Shown: positions 1-12,427, numbered from the whole stretch's first letter. The stretch: 63,499 nucleotides of DNA, filler included, from Globobulimina sp. (GCA_003354225.1; 44 parts of 44 records of this genome joined end to end with filler, not necessarily neighbours in it); one strand, 5' to 3'. The notes: a model not told the origin generated them from the letters alone. Program-made: numbers and translations.

Positions 1-12
1 AATGAAGATAAC

Positions 13-815
13 GTGAAAGCAGGATATTCATTATTTATTGCATCGGATACATTTTTATTTATTGGATGTATATTGGCATGGTTTTCGATACAGAGTGGAT
101 TGGATGCCGCCGGTTTTTTATATATTGATTATATTAAATACACCGCCTGTTTTTTATTTATTTTATCAGCAGTTTTACATTGGCCAGCAATCCATCAAGT
201 ATCTCATTTTATGTTTTGTACAGATGCCGCAGCAGGTAATTCTATTTATATTTATATAGTTAAATTGAAGCAACTTCATTGTGTCCATGGCCAACAGGAT
301 CGTATTGCCGCTCCTATGTGTTTACTAATCATTGGATGGGGCATTTTTTTGCAATATTTATTGGTGTCGATATTTGTGATCTGAGGTCACAATTCTTTGA
401 CAATAAACGATTGAGAATGTTTATTTATTCAACAAATATATTCCTTATGTATACTATTTTGGGATCAGACGTTAACTATTTTTATGAAGAGACAGATAAT
501 TTAAGTATGGTTGAAAAGGACACACGGAATGCTGTGGAAAGTGGATATTTTATTGTTTCGTTGTGTTGTGGTTTTCTTTCAATATTAATATTGGTATCGC
601 ATTGTAATGTGTGTACTGAATTTGATATGTTAAATAACTCAACGTTTCGAAGTTTATTTGGTTTAACTTTATTAGTTGGAACAGGATTATTATTTTTTAC
701 TGTCAATATTTATGATTCAAGCATTGATCCATACCCTCATCAACATTTTAACACAGTTTTATCATTTGTGCCTATAGTTATGATCATGTATGATTTGCAA
801 ACATATCATTCTTGA
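13..815 (+). CDS. Multi-pass membrane protein of unknown function, join(13..235,298..815); start uncertain
   Basis: A 62-nt GT..AG intron (236-297) joins two hydrophobic ORFs in frame, giving DAAAG|SYCRSY. Several TM-like segments. Confidence 0.6.
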
Positions 816-986
816 AACTAATGTTTTGTGAATGCGATGTTTTTCGTTTTCTATAATTAAATTGATCCGCCAATACATATTATACCTTTTTCGAAACCAT
901 TTATTGTTGCCCCGATGCGTTTTTATGGATAGAACCAAAGTTAAAAAAAAAAAACTTAGCTATAGCCAAAATCTTTATTTTTAAGC

Positions 987-1346
987 ATGTCTGCAGCGAC
1001 TGTAATCAGTAACCATTGGAGAAAGATTGTATTGGTACTATGGATATCATGGTATCCATTGTGGCATTTAACATCATCGTTATTAATGAGCATAGCGATA
1101 TGTATGGTGACATCTGTTTGCATTTTGTTTGTATGGTTTAGCTCAACCAATTTAAGTGTTGAAATAACTTTATTTTTGGCCAAAGTGTTCCCTGAACCAA
1201 TCAAACCTGTTTGGGATCCCAAGGAAGAACCATACAATTCCGCATTTGCAGCGTTGTTTCGTGCAAATTACAAAGTGATTCATGGCGAATTGTTAGACTA
1301 TGAAAAGAATGGTTTTCTGCCTCAGTTTGATGATGTTTACCCAAAT
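987..1346 (+). CDS. Membrane-anchored protein, 3'-partial
   Basis: ATG-initiated ORF with two N-terminal hydrophobic segments, running off the contig. Confidence 0.45.
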
Positions 1347-1446
1347 NNNNNNNNNNNNNNNNNNNNNNNNNNNNNNNNNNNNNNNNNNNNTTAATTAATT
1401 AANNNNNNNNNNNNNNNNNNNNNNNNNNNNNNNNNNNNNNNNNNNN
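1347..1446. other. Artificial contig linker N44-TTAATTAATTAA-N44 (first of 43, recurring every 1444-1446 nt)
   Basis: The same 100-nt block recurs with stops in all six frames. Intervening contigs are 1346, then 1345, then 1344 bp (length-sorted concatenation). Confidence 0.99.
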
Positions 1447-1586
1447 AATCATAGTTACAATTTTGCAAACGTTCAAACAAAAGGAAAGGAATAAATGTCA
1501 TTACACTAACTCTTGATTTTGCATTGCAACTGTTGTTCCCGTATTTGATTAAATATTATTTCTTCATTTTCTACTCACTTTATTTC

Positions 1587-2792
1587 TTAGTTTGTTCTAT
1601 TATCATTATTATATATCGAATAATGATGCAATAATGAAACTGCATTTGCTTTCTGCAATTTTGCTGATAAGAATTCCAAACAATATCCTGTTGATCTTGG
1701 AATCTCTTCGTTGATTGTTGCTGCTCTCAACTTAGCGACTCTTTTGATGAATTTTATTGTTTCTTTGTGCATTCCGCCATAGTCTTCGAATATGACCGGC
1801 AGATAAATTAGATTTTTGATTTTGTCCCGATGTTGATTTAAATGATTCTCATATTTATTGATCTTATGCCGATAGAAATCATTTGCCGCGCTCAATTTTC
1901 TGAGTGCCGCGGCCTCAAAACGACTATTTGCAACGACTGACGTGACGCCAATGTCAATGGCAACAGCTTCACCATTCGGACCCCAATTATTAATATAGAT
2001 GTCTGCCGGTTTCATATTGTTGTTGTCGAAGATATGGCGCTTTTCAATTGAATGTACAATTTTTGCTGTTTTGAGTAATGACGATATTCCATGAACAAGC
2101 AAGTCATGTTTGTATATTATTCCCTTGCCATGTTTACAAATTACGCCATGATCTCCATATTTATCTATTGTTTCACCACAACTTATACAATTCTCATTAT
2201 TTATCACCAATGCATGTCTTAATTTGCGTTTCATTAAAATCCTGAATTCCGGATTACTGAAAATGATACCAATGCCAGTTATCATCGGAGCATTCAGATA
2301 AGCGTTGGCGTTGCGGTTTAACTGTGAAAGAAAGGCCGCTTTGTCTTTGCCTCGCTTTGACGCAATTAATCCATTCAATTGTTGCGATTGTATCCCATTT
2401 ATCATCCATTTGGTTGTATGTATCAATGGATCAAATGTATGGATATAATATCTCGCCGCAACCGATGCATTGTACACTGATAAGCAATATGCAAATCGCT
2501 CATCAATTATCTTCATGAAATCGTCGTAAATATCTGATGTCAGCAATTTTTTACATATACTATCTTCGCCGCGAATATTGCGGGCATATAGATCGCGCTA
2601 AATTTATCGGACGCAGTGCGCATACCTAAGCCTGCTTTTTTCGAAGAAAGACAGCAATGCAAAAATTCATCGTCAGTTAATATAAACCCCCCCAACATGG
2701 AGATCATTTCGCGTAACATTTTGTCATATTTCACCGCCACACTCAACCTGATACCCGGCGGCAAAGAACTGAGCCAATACCTCATGTCAGAT
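1587..2792 (-). mobile_element. CRE-clade non-LTR retrotransposon ORF, C-terminal part (RT thumb, CCHC knuckle, REL endonuclease), frameshifted
   Basis: LSSKKAGLGMR (RT thumb); CISC-x7-H-x3-C knuckle; KHD (RHD-like); KPAD...AIDIGVT (PD-D nuclease); PVIFEDYGG. The frame changes near 2545-2565 between ORFs 2540..2785 and 1587..2546. Confidence 0.85.
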
Positions 2793-2892
2793 NNNNNNNN
2801 NNNNNNNNNNNNNNNNNNNNNNNNNNNNNNNNNNNNTTAATTAATTAANNNNNNNNNNNNNNNNNNNNNNNNNNNNNNNNNNNNNNNNNNNN

Positions 2893-3260
2893 TTTCTGAT
2901 AACAAATTGGAATCCCATTAATGCTCCGATTATAGAATGTGTTGAAGATACTGGCATTTTGAATGCTGTGGCTAAAAACATCCATATTGCAGTCGATAAT
3001 ATGGCACAAAACATTCCTAATGAATATTCCTCTGCCGATTCTGCATCAATATCAACAATTTTGCCACCCACTGTTGATGACACATGATGTCCAACTAATG
3101 CTGCACCTAAGAATTCAAATATTGATGCTAATATTTGTGCAACGCGTAATGATATAGCACCTGAACCGACTGCCATGCCTTGACTATTGGCGACATCATT
3201 TGCACCGATACCAGCTAAACAAATAAAACCTACAATTCCTGCAACTATTATCACAATCAT
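2893..3260 (-). CDS. PiT/PHO4-family (SLC20-like) inorganic phosphate transporter, 3'-partial
   Basis: Signature GIGANDVANS, FEFLGA and MPVSSTHSIIG motifs. Confidence 0.93.
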
Positions 3261-3318
3261 TTAATACTTGAATCACTAACTAAGCAGTTTTTAATCGTAG
3301 CCCATTTCCAAAGCGATA

Positions 3319-4230
3319 ATGGCGTCCTTTGATCCAGAAGCGATCCCAGCGTATCCATCACAAATGCAAGAGCCAAAAGTAGTGCTATTATGGTCGTCAT
3401 TAAGCACTAATTCACGGCAGGCAGCAGCTCAAAAAAATATGCATGATTTGTTAGTAAATAAAGGCATTCGATTTGAGTTATTAGACGGTGCACAGGATAA
3501 TAATAAACAAAATAGAAATAAATTTTTTGGTATTTCCAATTTACGTGGCAAATATCCACAATTATTTATTGTGTCAAATAATAATCAACAAATTGATTTT
3601 ATTGGTATGGATGATGATATTCAGGAATTACTTGACATTGAACAGTTTAACAATACATTTGCTGCCACATTCAATAAAGGTCCACCTCAACAAAAAAATA
3701 AGAAAACACAGCAACCACAGCAACAGCCACAACAACAATATAATCCACAATATAATCAACAATATAATCAGCAACAAATACAGCAAAAAAAACAAAAATT
3801 TGCACCCAAAAAGAAATTACCATCAAAACCTTTACCCAAAAAAGCATTGCCGCAAAATCCACCAAATAATGCCTATAAACCACAGGTTAATAATCAATAT
3901 GGCCAATATCAAGCACCTCCGCAGCAACAATTTAAACCACCACAACAACAACAAAACTATGGACAATATAACAATTATAAACAGCAACAAAATCAATATC
4001 AAGCACCTGCACAGCAACAATATCAAGCGCAACCACAACAAAACTATGGCAATTATCAGCAACCACAACCACCACAACAACAATATAAACCACCTCAACA
4101 GAAAGTATTTGTGCCACCACAACAGAGAGTATTTGTGCCACAGCAACAGCAACAATATAAGCCACAGCAACAACCGCCATATGGTGGATATGGGAACGTA
4201 CCTCCACCGCCTGGACCGCCGCCGCAATAA
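3319..4230 (+). CDS. SH3BGR (glutaredoxin-like) domain protein with a Q/P/Y/N-rich tail
   Basis: N-terminal domain LLWSSLS...LLVNKGIRFELLDG...KYPQLF...FIGMDD fits SH3BGR. About 180 aa of low-complexity tail end in PPPPGPPPQ. Complete ORF. Confidence 0.7.
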   Translation: MASFDPEAIPAYPSQMQEPKVVLLWSSLSTNSRQAAAQKNMHDLLVNKGIRFELLDGAQDNNKQNRNKFFGISNLRGKYPQLFIVSNNNQQIDFIGMDDDIQELLDIEQFNNTFAATFNKGPPQQKNKKTQQPQQQPQQQYNPQYNQQYNQQQIQQKKQKFAPKKKLPSKPLPKKALPQNPPNNAYKPQVNNQYGQYQAPPQQQFKPPQQQQNYGQYNNYKQQQNQYQAPAQQQYQAQPQQNYGNYQQPQPPQQQYKPPQQKVFVPPQQRVFVPQQQQQYKPQQQPPYGGYGNVPPPPGPPPQ

Positions 4231-4339
4231 ATACTTACNNNNNNNNNNNNNNNNNNNNNNNNNNNNNNNNNNNNNNNNNNNNTTAATTAATTAANNNNNN
4301 NNNNNNNNNNNNNNNNNNNNNNNNNNNNNNNNNNNNNNT

Positions 4340-4390
4340 TCTGCAAAACAGGCTTTAAAACATCCTTATTTCAGTCATTTGAAACAATAA
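4340..4390 (+). CDS. C-terminal end of a CMGC (CDK/MAPK-type) protein kinase
   Basis: SAKQALKHPYFSHLKQ-stop at the contig start is kinase subdomain XI. Confidence 0.7.
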   Translation, partial: SAKQALKHPYFSHLKQ

Positions 4391-4567
4391 ACCATTAAAA
4401 ACTATCAATAACTCTTTTGTTATATATATATATTCTTCTTCTTTCTAATTAATAATAGCTAATAATTTAATTATTTAAAAAAACATAAACATTTGTTAAT
4501 TTAAAAAACATTTTTTCTAATCGGATTTCTAAACTCTTTGAGTGAGTCTTGGCTTTTTTTTGTCGGC

Positions 4568-5684
4568 ATGTCGTCTACGAATTCTTCCTTTGTTGGATTA
4601 AAAAACCAAGGAGCTACGTGCTATTTAAATTCATTAATTCAAACATTATTTTTGACGCCAGAATTTCGTCAAGAACTATTTTCTTTAACACCAAATGAAG
4701 TCGGTTTAAACGAACACGAACACGAACACGAAGAACAAAAAGAGAACAGACATAAACAAAAAAGAAAGAAAATAATTGTAGAATTACAGAAATTATTTGC
4801 CCGCTTACAATGTCCCGATTTTGCCGGTGCGTATTGCTCCGAATTCGCATTATCCACCAAATCATTGACAAATTCATTTGGATGGAATGCAGCTCAGGCT
4901 CAGGACCAACATGACATCAATGAATTATACAACTTATTATTAGATGGCATTGAGAAACAAATGCCATCCAACAAGAAAATACTAAATAAATATTATAAAG
5001 GCAAAATTATTAACATTATACAATGTGAGCTCTGCAACAATGAATCGAAAAGATATGAAGAATTTGTCCAATTAAATGTCATATTGCAAACATCCAATGA
5101 ATCCTTTGATACCTTACATGAGTCCTTACTATCTTCGTTCATCGACAACACTGAAGAGCTCAAAGCCGAGAATGCCTATTTTTGCACCAACTGTGCCAAG
5201 AAAGTATCCGCTAAAAAATATTGCAGATTAATAAAATTGCCGTCCATCATGGTTTGCAATCTGAATAGATTTTATTTTGACTTATCCTCTGGTGAACGAG
5301 TTAAAATTAACAAGAAATTTCTATTTCCAAAGTCCTTCGATCTATCCATGTTTGTTGACAATGGTTTGTTATTTCTCTTTTTATGCATATCCTTGCACTC
5401 AGCATAGAATACTCTGCCATTAGAATACAATGAGATGGATGCCAATGAGATGACAGATTATGACTTGATTGGCATTGTAGTCCATCGTGGTTCCGGCGCA
5501 AATGCCGGCCATTACCATGCATATATACGTGATATGAACGACGAAGTTAACTGGAAACCCGTTGCAAGAAACAAAAAAAAGAAAAATAAACGAAGAAGAA
5601 GGAGCAGACGAGGTGCTGCCAACAGCGATAAAGATCTACGGAAAAAAGAGAAGAAAGAAGAAGTCATTGCCGCTCTGGTGTCCA
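4568..5684 (+). CDS. USP40: USP40-like ubiquitin-specific protease, join(4568..5363,5424..>5684)
   Basis: Cys box GLKNQGATCYLNSLIQTLFLTPEFRQELFSL, LTNSFGW, QHD, two CxxC pairs, His box GHYHAY. A 60-nt intron (5364-5423) restores the frame. Confidence 0.85.
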
Positions 5685-5784
5685 NNNNNNNNNNNNNNNN
5701 NNNNNNNNNNNNNNNNNNNNNNNNNNNNTTAATTAATTAANNNNNNNNNNNNNNNNNNNNNNNNNNNNNNNNNNNNNNNNNNNN

Positions 5785-6446
5785 CTTTCCCAATGAATAG
5801 CAAACCGGTCATCAAAACTAGGTGTTTTCCATACGATATATGCGTAAAATGATATGGCAGGACACATGGCGACAGCTAATAATGTCATAGTCAATAATAA
5901 ATATACGTGATCGTGATGTAAATAAACGTTTTTTTGCGCAAAAACGAAACAGGCGCAGAAACAAATTATAAAACCAACACACGAATATAAACCAACCAAT
6001 TTATAAACATAATATAAATTTCCATACGTTTTATTGTTTGCAATAAACCAATTGCTTGTTTCATTACGTTTGGTATTTAATAGATTCTGCCATTGCTGCT
6101 CACTCGAATAATATGTCCAATGATATTTAAAATATATCATCCAATTCTTTGTGATTAAAAAAAATAAAATGAGCCAAAAGCAACCAAACCATAATGATGT
6201 TGATATCAGAATTAAAATACTTGATTCTAACTGATGGGATACTGTGTATGAAACGAAAAAGCTCATTATCATCATAAGTACAAAAGAAATGTTTAATCCG
6301 TACAATACAGATTTTGATCTCTTTTGAATGAACATGTTGTCATTTTGAAACCACAATTTTATATTTCCATAGACACAGAATGGAATAGTTATTGACCACA
6401 TAATATAACTTATTACTTGCACTACCAACCACGGTGAAGTCATCAT
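5785..6446 (-). CDS. Serpentine (7TM-type) membrane protein, possibly 7TM-RGS family, 3'-partial
   Basis: Five TM helices visible, FIQKRS after TM1 and DRFAIHWE after TM5. No RGS domain is visible because the contig ends. Confidence 0.5.
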
Positions 6447-6717
6447 AAAATATGAGTAATCGAAGGGAAGATGGGAGGGCTGACTGCCTTATGGGTACAA
6501 GAAAAGTAGTTATTTACAACTCCGATAAAAATGCATAATTCATTCTAATTATATTCAATTATGAGCTGCTAATAGTTGATGATCAATCTGTGGGTTTGTC
6601 TCTTTTCTGTTGCAACTGTGAGCCCATGTTTTAAACTCTGAAAAACTCGCAGTTGCAAATCGTTTCTGAATACATGGTTAAAATGTGACAAACAATGTGC
6701 AATTAAATATATTAAAT

Positions 6718-7130
6718 CTAAATTAAAAACTCTTCAACATAGCAATACACGGGGTAAAAAAAGACTGCGAACAAACACAATCTGTATCTCAATCGGCGGG
6801 TTTGGTAGTACCAAAGCACAAATAACGACAGTGCAAAATATAACATTGTTTCCACCATTCCAGGCGGATACTGTCTGGCATTCCATACCGCGCGCAGTGG
6901 CATCGAATAACCAAAGAATCTGTGCGTGTAACGGATAACAGTCACTGCTAATTTGGAACTTACCCATTGATGTCGCACAAACAAAAACCAGACCAATCCA
7001 ATGTGCTGCATCAATATGATAGAGCTCAAAAATATAGAAACATATCGTTTCATATCTGGAGTCGCACTGAATCCACTCATCCTTGCATCAAATGATACCC
7101 TCCTCGCCTCAGAGAGCATGAAACAAGTCA
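6718..7130 (-). CDS. Membrane protein C-terminus (5'-partial)
   Basis: Open from the contig edge with 3-4 hydrophobic segments. QHIG and HRFFG histidines are faintly reminiscent of cytochrome b561. Confidence 0.35.
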
Positions 7131-7230
7131 NNNNNNNNNNNNNNNNNNNNNNNNNNNNNNNNNNNNNNNNNNNNTTAATTAATTAANNNNNNNNNNNNNN
7201 NNNNNNNNNNNNNNNNNNNNNNNNNNNNNN

Positions 7231-8494
7231 AACGCTAAATTTGTAACACCAGCCGTATTCAACCATTTATCCGTAGAAATTCCCAAATTAACATGTCATG
7301 ATATCTACGAAGGATTTTTCGTCGCGCCTAACCCGACCGGATATGAATGGGATATGATATTGAGAGTATATTATAAAAATACGGCCGAAAATAAAACATA
7401 TATTAAGTTTAGTTAATTCCATGTAATTGATATCTTCAACATAGACACCATTCATATACTTAATACAGATATTACTTAGTCCATCAAGTTAAGCATGTAT
7501 ACAATTGTAATTCCGACGTACAACATTTGTAATATGATATTTTGTTTTTACTTTGCCATTTTATGTACATATCCGATAGGAATATTGCTTACGCGGTGAA
7601 CGTGGCAGTCGCGCGCTGAATGAGGCGAGCAAATCGCAGCAAGATTGCGTGCAGTTTGAGCTGGAAGTTCCCGTGCAATTATTCAACGAATTCGATCATG
7701 TCGTGTCGTATATGTATGGTCATGATATATATGTAGGTGATTCCCATTTGATTGCATTGTTTGTATTGATAGAGAGGTTATCTTTGAATGGCGGTATTTT
7801 AGAAGAGTTAATACGTGAAATTCGCCGCTGTTGCGATAAATTCCACTGTGTATCATTTCTATTACAAGCGGAGGAATTGGTGTGTGAAGAATTAGTATGG
7901 TTATGCGGTGACAGCATATTACAAAATCTGTCTACAATATCATATTATGAGTGGTTAGAAATACCAGACACTGCGTTCAATCGATTAATATATCAGGCTG
8001 TAAGCGGTGGTATTGCGAAATACAGTGATTTCATTGTATGCGAGTTAATAATGCAGTATATCAAAGCGATTATGTCTGAGAGTCATTCGCAGGCAAAAGA
8101 AATCATAAAAAATTTAGATTCGCGGGATATTAAATGTGTATCCATTGATCACGCATTACCATTGTTGAAAATATGCGATGTCTTATTTGCGGAATGTAAA
8201 CAGCAGTGGCGGTATGAAAATATAACTGTGTATCAATTATGTTTACGTAAAATATCTGGCGAATTTACGCCGTATCATAACGATTTATGTCAACAGTTAC
8301 AAGGTTTATCTCCGATTACATTTGCGAAGATATTAATTAGTGCCGTACATTTACCTCAAAATGCATTGAGATTATCATTAATGGCTTATAAAGAAGGAAA
8401 CCATGCGGCTTATTATAATGATAAACATTTAAGAATATGTGTGTACTGTCTATATATTTGCCTCTTTTGTGGGATTTTCACTCTCAGTTGGTAA
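7231..8494 (+). CDS. BTB/POZ(-BACK-like) domain protein, join(<7231..7406,7469..7487,7580..); 3' end uncertain
   Basis: Introns 7407-7468 and 7488-7579 give WDMILRV...KYYLVHQEYCLRGERGS...FDHVVSYMYG, a BTB pattern. The middle exon is 19 nt. Confidence 0.7.
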
Positions 8495-8841
8495 TATCAC
8501 TGCCACACTTGGTGCCAGAAGGTCATCAGCAGTGTCTCCCCACCACCTGCTATCATATGATGCTTCCTGCATTGATNNNNNNNNNNNNNNNNNNNNNNNN
8601 NNNNNNNNNNNNNNNNNNNNTTAATTAATTAANNNNNNNNNNNNNNNNNNNNNNNNNNNNNNNNNNNNNNNNNNNNTAATCACAAAAGAAGTGTTTAGAA
8701 GTGTGAACCTAAAAAGTCAATTGATCATTATAATGTTGTTTTGTATTTATATAATTTTCAAATCTCACAAAGGTTTGTCAAAATCACGACTTTGAAATCT
8801 CAATTAATAATTCAAAAATAAGCATACAAAATTAAATCTTT

Positions 8842-10022
8842 TTAAGATCTTTCAAGAATTGCTTGCAAAGCTTGTGTCTCAATGTCATTCCCATCATTCC
8901 CATCCTCTTCCTCTTCCTCTTCAGATTCCAGCCAATTCTCAACATCCTCCTCAATGACATCCTCTTCTTTTTCCTCTTCTTTTTCAAGTTTATTTTCCAT
9001 TTTTTTGTCGGCCATCAATTGGATTAATTGCGATTTTTGTTTCTTTTTTTTCTTATTATCCAACAATAACATTTTTAATTCGTTGGGCATGTTTGACAAT
9101 TTGTGCGCTTTGCACTTCCTCAAAAACTTGTGATATCGCGGCGTGTGCATCAAACCAAACATTTTCGCCAATTCATCCTTATCCAGTTCCTGTGGGTCCA
9201 TATAATCCCGATTGCCGTGGAAATAATAGAACGCCAAATACGAATTAAACGCTTTCTTCGCTAACTGCATCATTCGAATATCGCCATTCAAGATGGTTTG
9301 CAGCGAACCCGTGATTGGCTTCAAATGTTTGGTGTGAATGCCCAATTTCTTACAATTAATATTCATGTGTTTCAACTGTGCAATAAATCCGATCTCTTTA
9401 TCCGTTATAAACGTAATGGAATTTCCCTTTTGTCCCAACCGCGCGGCTCTGCCCACTCTGTGAATATATGCTTTTGTGTCGAGAGGCACATCAAAATTGA
9501 TCACCCAATCAACATTTCCAAAGTCTAAGCCTCGCGAAGCCACTTCGGTGCATAGCAAAATTGCGCGCGACTTCAAGCGGCCAAACATTTGATACATATC
9601 CATTCTTTTTTTCTGCCGCATCTCTGAATGCAAACAGGCGATCGACGAATATGGCCGCAACGCCACAAAAACACGCCGCGTAAACTTGACCTGTCTCAAC
9701 GTCGCGAAAAATATTATGATTTTGTCATTTACGTGCGTCTGAATGAAGGACCATAGCAAATTATATTTGTGCTGCAACGGCGTAATGATGTATGTCTGCA
9801 CCAACTCCGCCGGCAAAGCACACGAATCCGCCGTGTTAATCGGCAAAAAAACGGGGCGACGCAACGAGATCTTGGCTAATTTCACAATGTCGACAGTCAA
9901 AGTCGCGGAAAACAACATTGTTTGCCGTTTGCGAGGCAAATAATCGATTATCTTTTGCACCTGATCCAATAAACCAATATCAAGCATCAAATCTGCTTCA
10001 TCCAACACCAAAATCTGTAGCT
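8842..10022 (-). CDS. DDX10: DEAD-box RNA helicase DDX10/Dbp4, 5'-partial
   Basis: LDEAD, QTMLFSATLT, LLWSFIQTH, ASRGLDF, YIHRVGRAAR, LAKKAFNSY, then a charged C-terminal tail. Confidence 0.85.
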
Positions 10023-10209
10023 NNNNNNNNNNNNNNNNNNNNNNNNNNNNNNNNNNNNNNNNNNNNTTAATTAATTAANNNNNNNNNNNNNNNNNNNNNN
10101 NNNNNNNNNNNNNNNNNNNNNNGATGCGTCATAAGTTTGTATGTTGTTTCGATAAAAAAAATAATGAAATATTAATAATTGATATAGATACAACTGGTGC
10201 ATTTAAAAT

Positions 10210-11136
10210 TTAAGTGTCTACAAAAGAAAATGATGCATCGTGTAATGTGATTACTAATTTACATTTTGTAACTGAAGCTGGAATATCAATGCTTTTTCGT
10301 AAAATTACGTTCGTTTGCATTCTAAATCTTAATACGTTTCTGTCTAAAATCAAAATAATAACATGATTTGCTTTAGTACGTTTTTGCACTGACGTTGTTT
10401 TTCGAGGCGCGAGAAATAATAATTGTTTTTCAGTCATTGTGATTCCATACGATTTAGATTCTCTGCCAATATCAAAACCATGTCCATATGGTATGAAAGA
10501 AATATTAATCAAACCACGTGAACCTAAGTGACAAATTTGTAAACAAAATATATAAATTGAATCAAGAAAAAATAATTTTTCATCCCAAATCGTTCCCAAA
10601 TCAGTTTCACGAAATAAATCGGCATAAAATATGTTGTCATCTGGTACATGACTCAACTTATTATTTACAATTAATACTTTTGATGTATTACAATTTGTGA
10701 TATTGCCATTGTTAATAACATATGACATGATCGTCTGAATCACATGTCTTTGTGTAATTATATTTGATTGCTCAAACGCAGAGTAATATTCTTCAGATAT
10801 TGAGGATGTTATGGTTTTTGTTGATATTTCTGTCGGAGATAAAGTACTAGCAACCTGTGTTTCTGTTGATAATTTTTGTTTCTTTGGAAATATGTCAGCA
10901 TCTGTTACATCTTCAAACTCTGCCTTTCGCTTTTTTGATTTAATAAAATGCCCATATTTACAAGATTTACCGCGTTTACAAATTCCTTCTTTGAAAAAGA
11001 AGCATTGTTTCGTTTTGAATAATTCTGCTTGTTCTTTTCCATTAAGATTAATATGTTTAAAATTACATCTATCCCCTTTTTTACAACCTCTGCTCTGGTT
11101 GAAATACGTGCAAATACTGTCATATGATCTCGACAT
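10210..11136 (-). CDS. Tandem CCCH zinc-finger protein
   Basis: CTYFNQSRGCKKGDRCNFKH and KTKQCFFFKEGICKRGKSCKYGH, followed by NLS-like KKRK. Confidence 0.75.
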   Translation of the reverse strand: MSRSYDSICTYFNQSRGCKKGDRCNFKHINLNGKEQAELFKTKQCFFFKEGICKRGKSCKYGHFIKSKKRKAEFEDVTDADIFPKKQKLSTETQVASTLSPTEISTKTITSSISEEYYSAFEQSNIITQRHVIQTIMSYVINNGNITNCNTSKVLIVNNKLSHVPDDNIFYADLFRETDLGTIWDEKLFFLDSIYIFCLQICHLGSRGLINISFIPYGHGFDIGRESKSYGITMTEKQLLFLAPRKTTSVQKRTKANHVIILILDRNVLRFRMQTNVILRKSIDIPASVTKCKLVITLHDASFSFVDT

Positions 11137-11568
11137 GACATTTAATATATGAAACAAACAAAGTATACTGTTTTCCCAGTTTTAAACATTATGGAAGAGT
11201 ATATGCAACCATGTCTCCTCAGTACGTATATTTGGTATGGAAGGAATTATGGTATAATATATTTGTAATTTGTTGGAATATTTGTTGGAATATCGATTTA
11301 ATGGATACATTGATTATATTTGATGTTGAAAATGATTCTATTCAAAAATTGATTGCTTTCTTTGCAAAATAAAATCTATGTCCTAAAAAAGTATTGATTG
11401 TGACTTCTGCGCTATGATCCAATGAGTTTTGTAAACACACTGTACATGCGGAAATCATGCTTTGTGGTNNNNNNNNNNNNNNNNNNNNNNNNNNNNNNNN
11501 NNNNNNNNNNNNTTAATTAATTAANNNNNNNNNNNNNNNNNNNNNNNNNNNNNNNNNNNNNNNNNNNN

Positions 11569-12357
11569 GATTTGATGCCTATCTGTGTTATTTACGAATG
11601 TGAAAGTTTTGCGCCCATTGCTATAATAATATGAACGGCCGCCGCTGTTAAATCTTGCCGTATTCCATCGAAGACGCACACCAAGAACAGTATACGTGGT
11701 GGTATTACTATTATTGTTATTATTATTATTATAATTTATCGTATTCCAATTGTTGGAATTACTATTTGTATTCCAATTTGTATTCATATTACGGATCAAC
11801 GTATTACCGTTGCTAATCATATTACTTTGATTTGCGCACCTTACACGACGAAGGGCTTTGGCATAACTATCGGTTAATGCGGATAATATTGTGCTTTCAT
11901 CTTTAAAACATTCAAATACATTGCCGATTGCTTGCGATATCTGTAAGTATTCACCCTCGAACTCGTCATTTGACTCATTTGCATCGTCATCGTTGGTAAC
12001 TTTGGTTTCGTCCGTTGCGCCCTCAACTGCCGCTTGTGACGCTTCTGTGGCTTCTTGTTCACTTTTGGGGGATGTATTATTATTATTAACCATATGAGTA
12101 TTGTTGCTATTTTCTTGCTGTTTGTTGTTATTATTATAGTTACTGTCGTTATTTTCTTGGTGTTTGTTGTTATTCGAAATACTATCATTGTTGTTGTTAT
12201 TGGTATTTTTCTTGATGTTGCTTCCACTGAAATTAAACGTATTGTGGCCACATTCCGATCGCGATGGTTTCATTTTTTTGTTGGATCTCGGTTTGTTGGT
12301 ATCCAATTCAGTTAATTCGCTTGAGGCTTTTCGTTTATGTTCATTGGATTGGGACAT
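11569..12357 (-). CDS. Asn-rich low-complexity protein, 3'-partial
   Basis: 263-codon ORF starting at ATG with a bipartite-NLS-like start; no recognisable domain. Confidence 0.5.
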
Positions 12358-12383
12358 GATGAGGATTGCGGTTTTTTATGGTG

Positions 12384-12427
12384 GATTGATGTCAGATTGA
12401 TGTCAGATTGATGTCGGATTGATGTCG
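12384..12427. repeat. 4 x 11-bp tandem repeat GATTGATGTC(A/G)
   Basis: Read directly; lies just upstream of the 12357 ATG. Confidence 0.9.

Noticed and set aside
1391..1402. Periodic TTAATTAATTAA as a biological repeat, telomere or chromosome-breakage signal
   Set aside because: It is always centred in N44..N44, i.e. a standard six-frame-stop linker.
3488..4294. Overlapping and antisense ORFs over low-complexity or longer genes (e.g. 3488..4294, 16072..16626, 42384..43025, 52189..52575)
   Set aside because: Shadow frames of real ORFs with repetitive codon content.
11160..11300. YHNSFH (phosphodiesterase-like) motif on the minus strand
   Set aside because: Surrounded by stops with no other PDE motifs.
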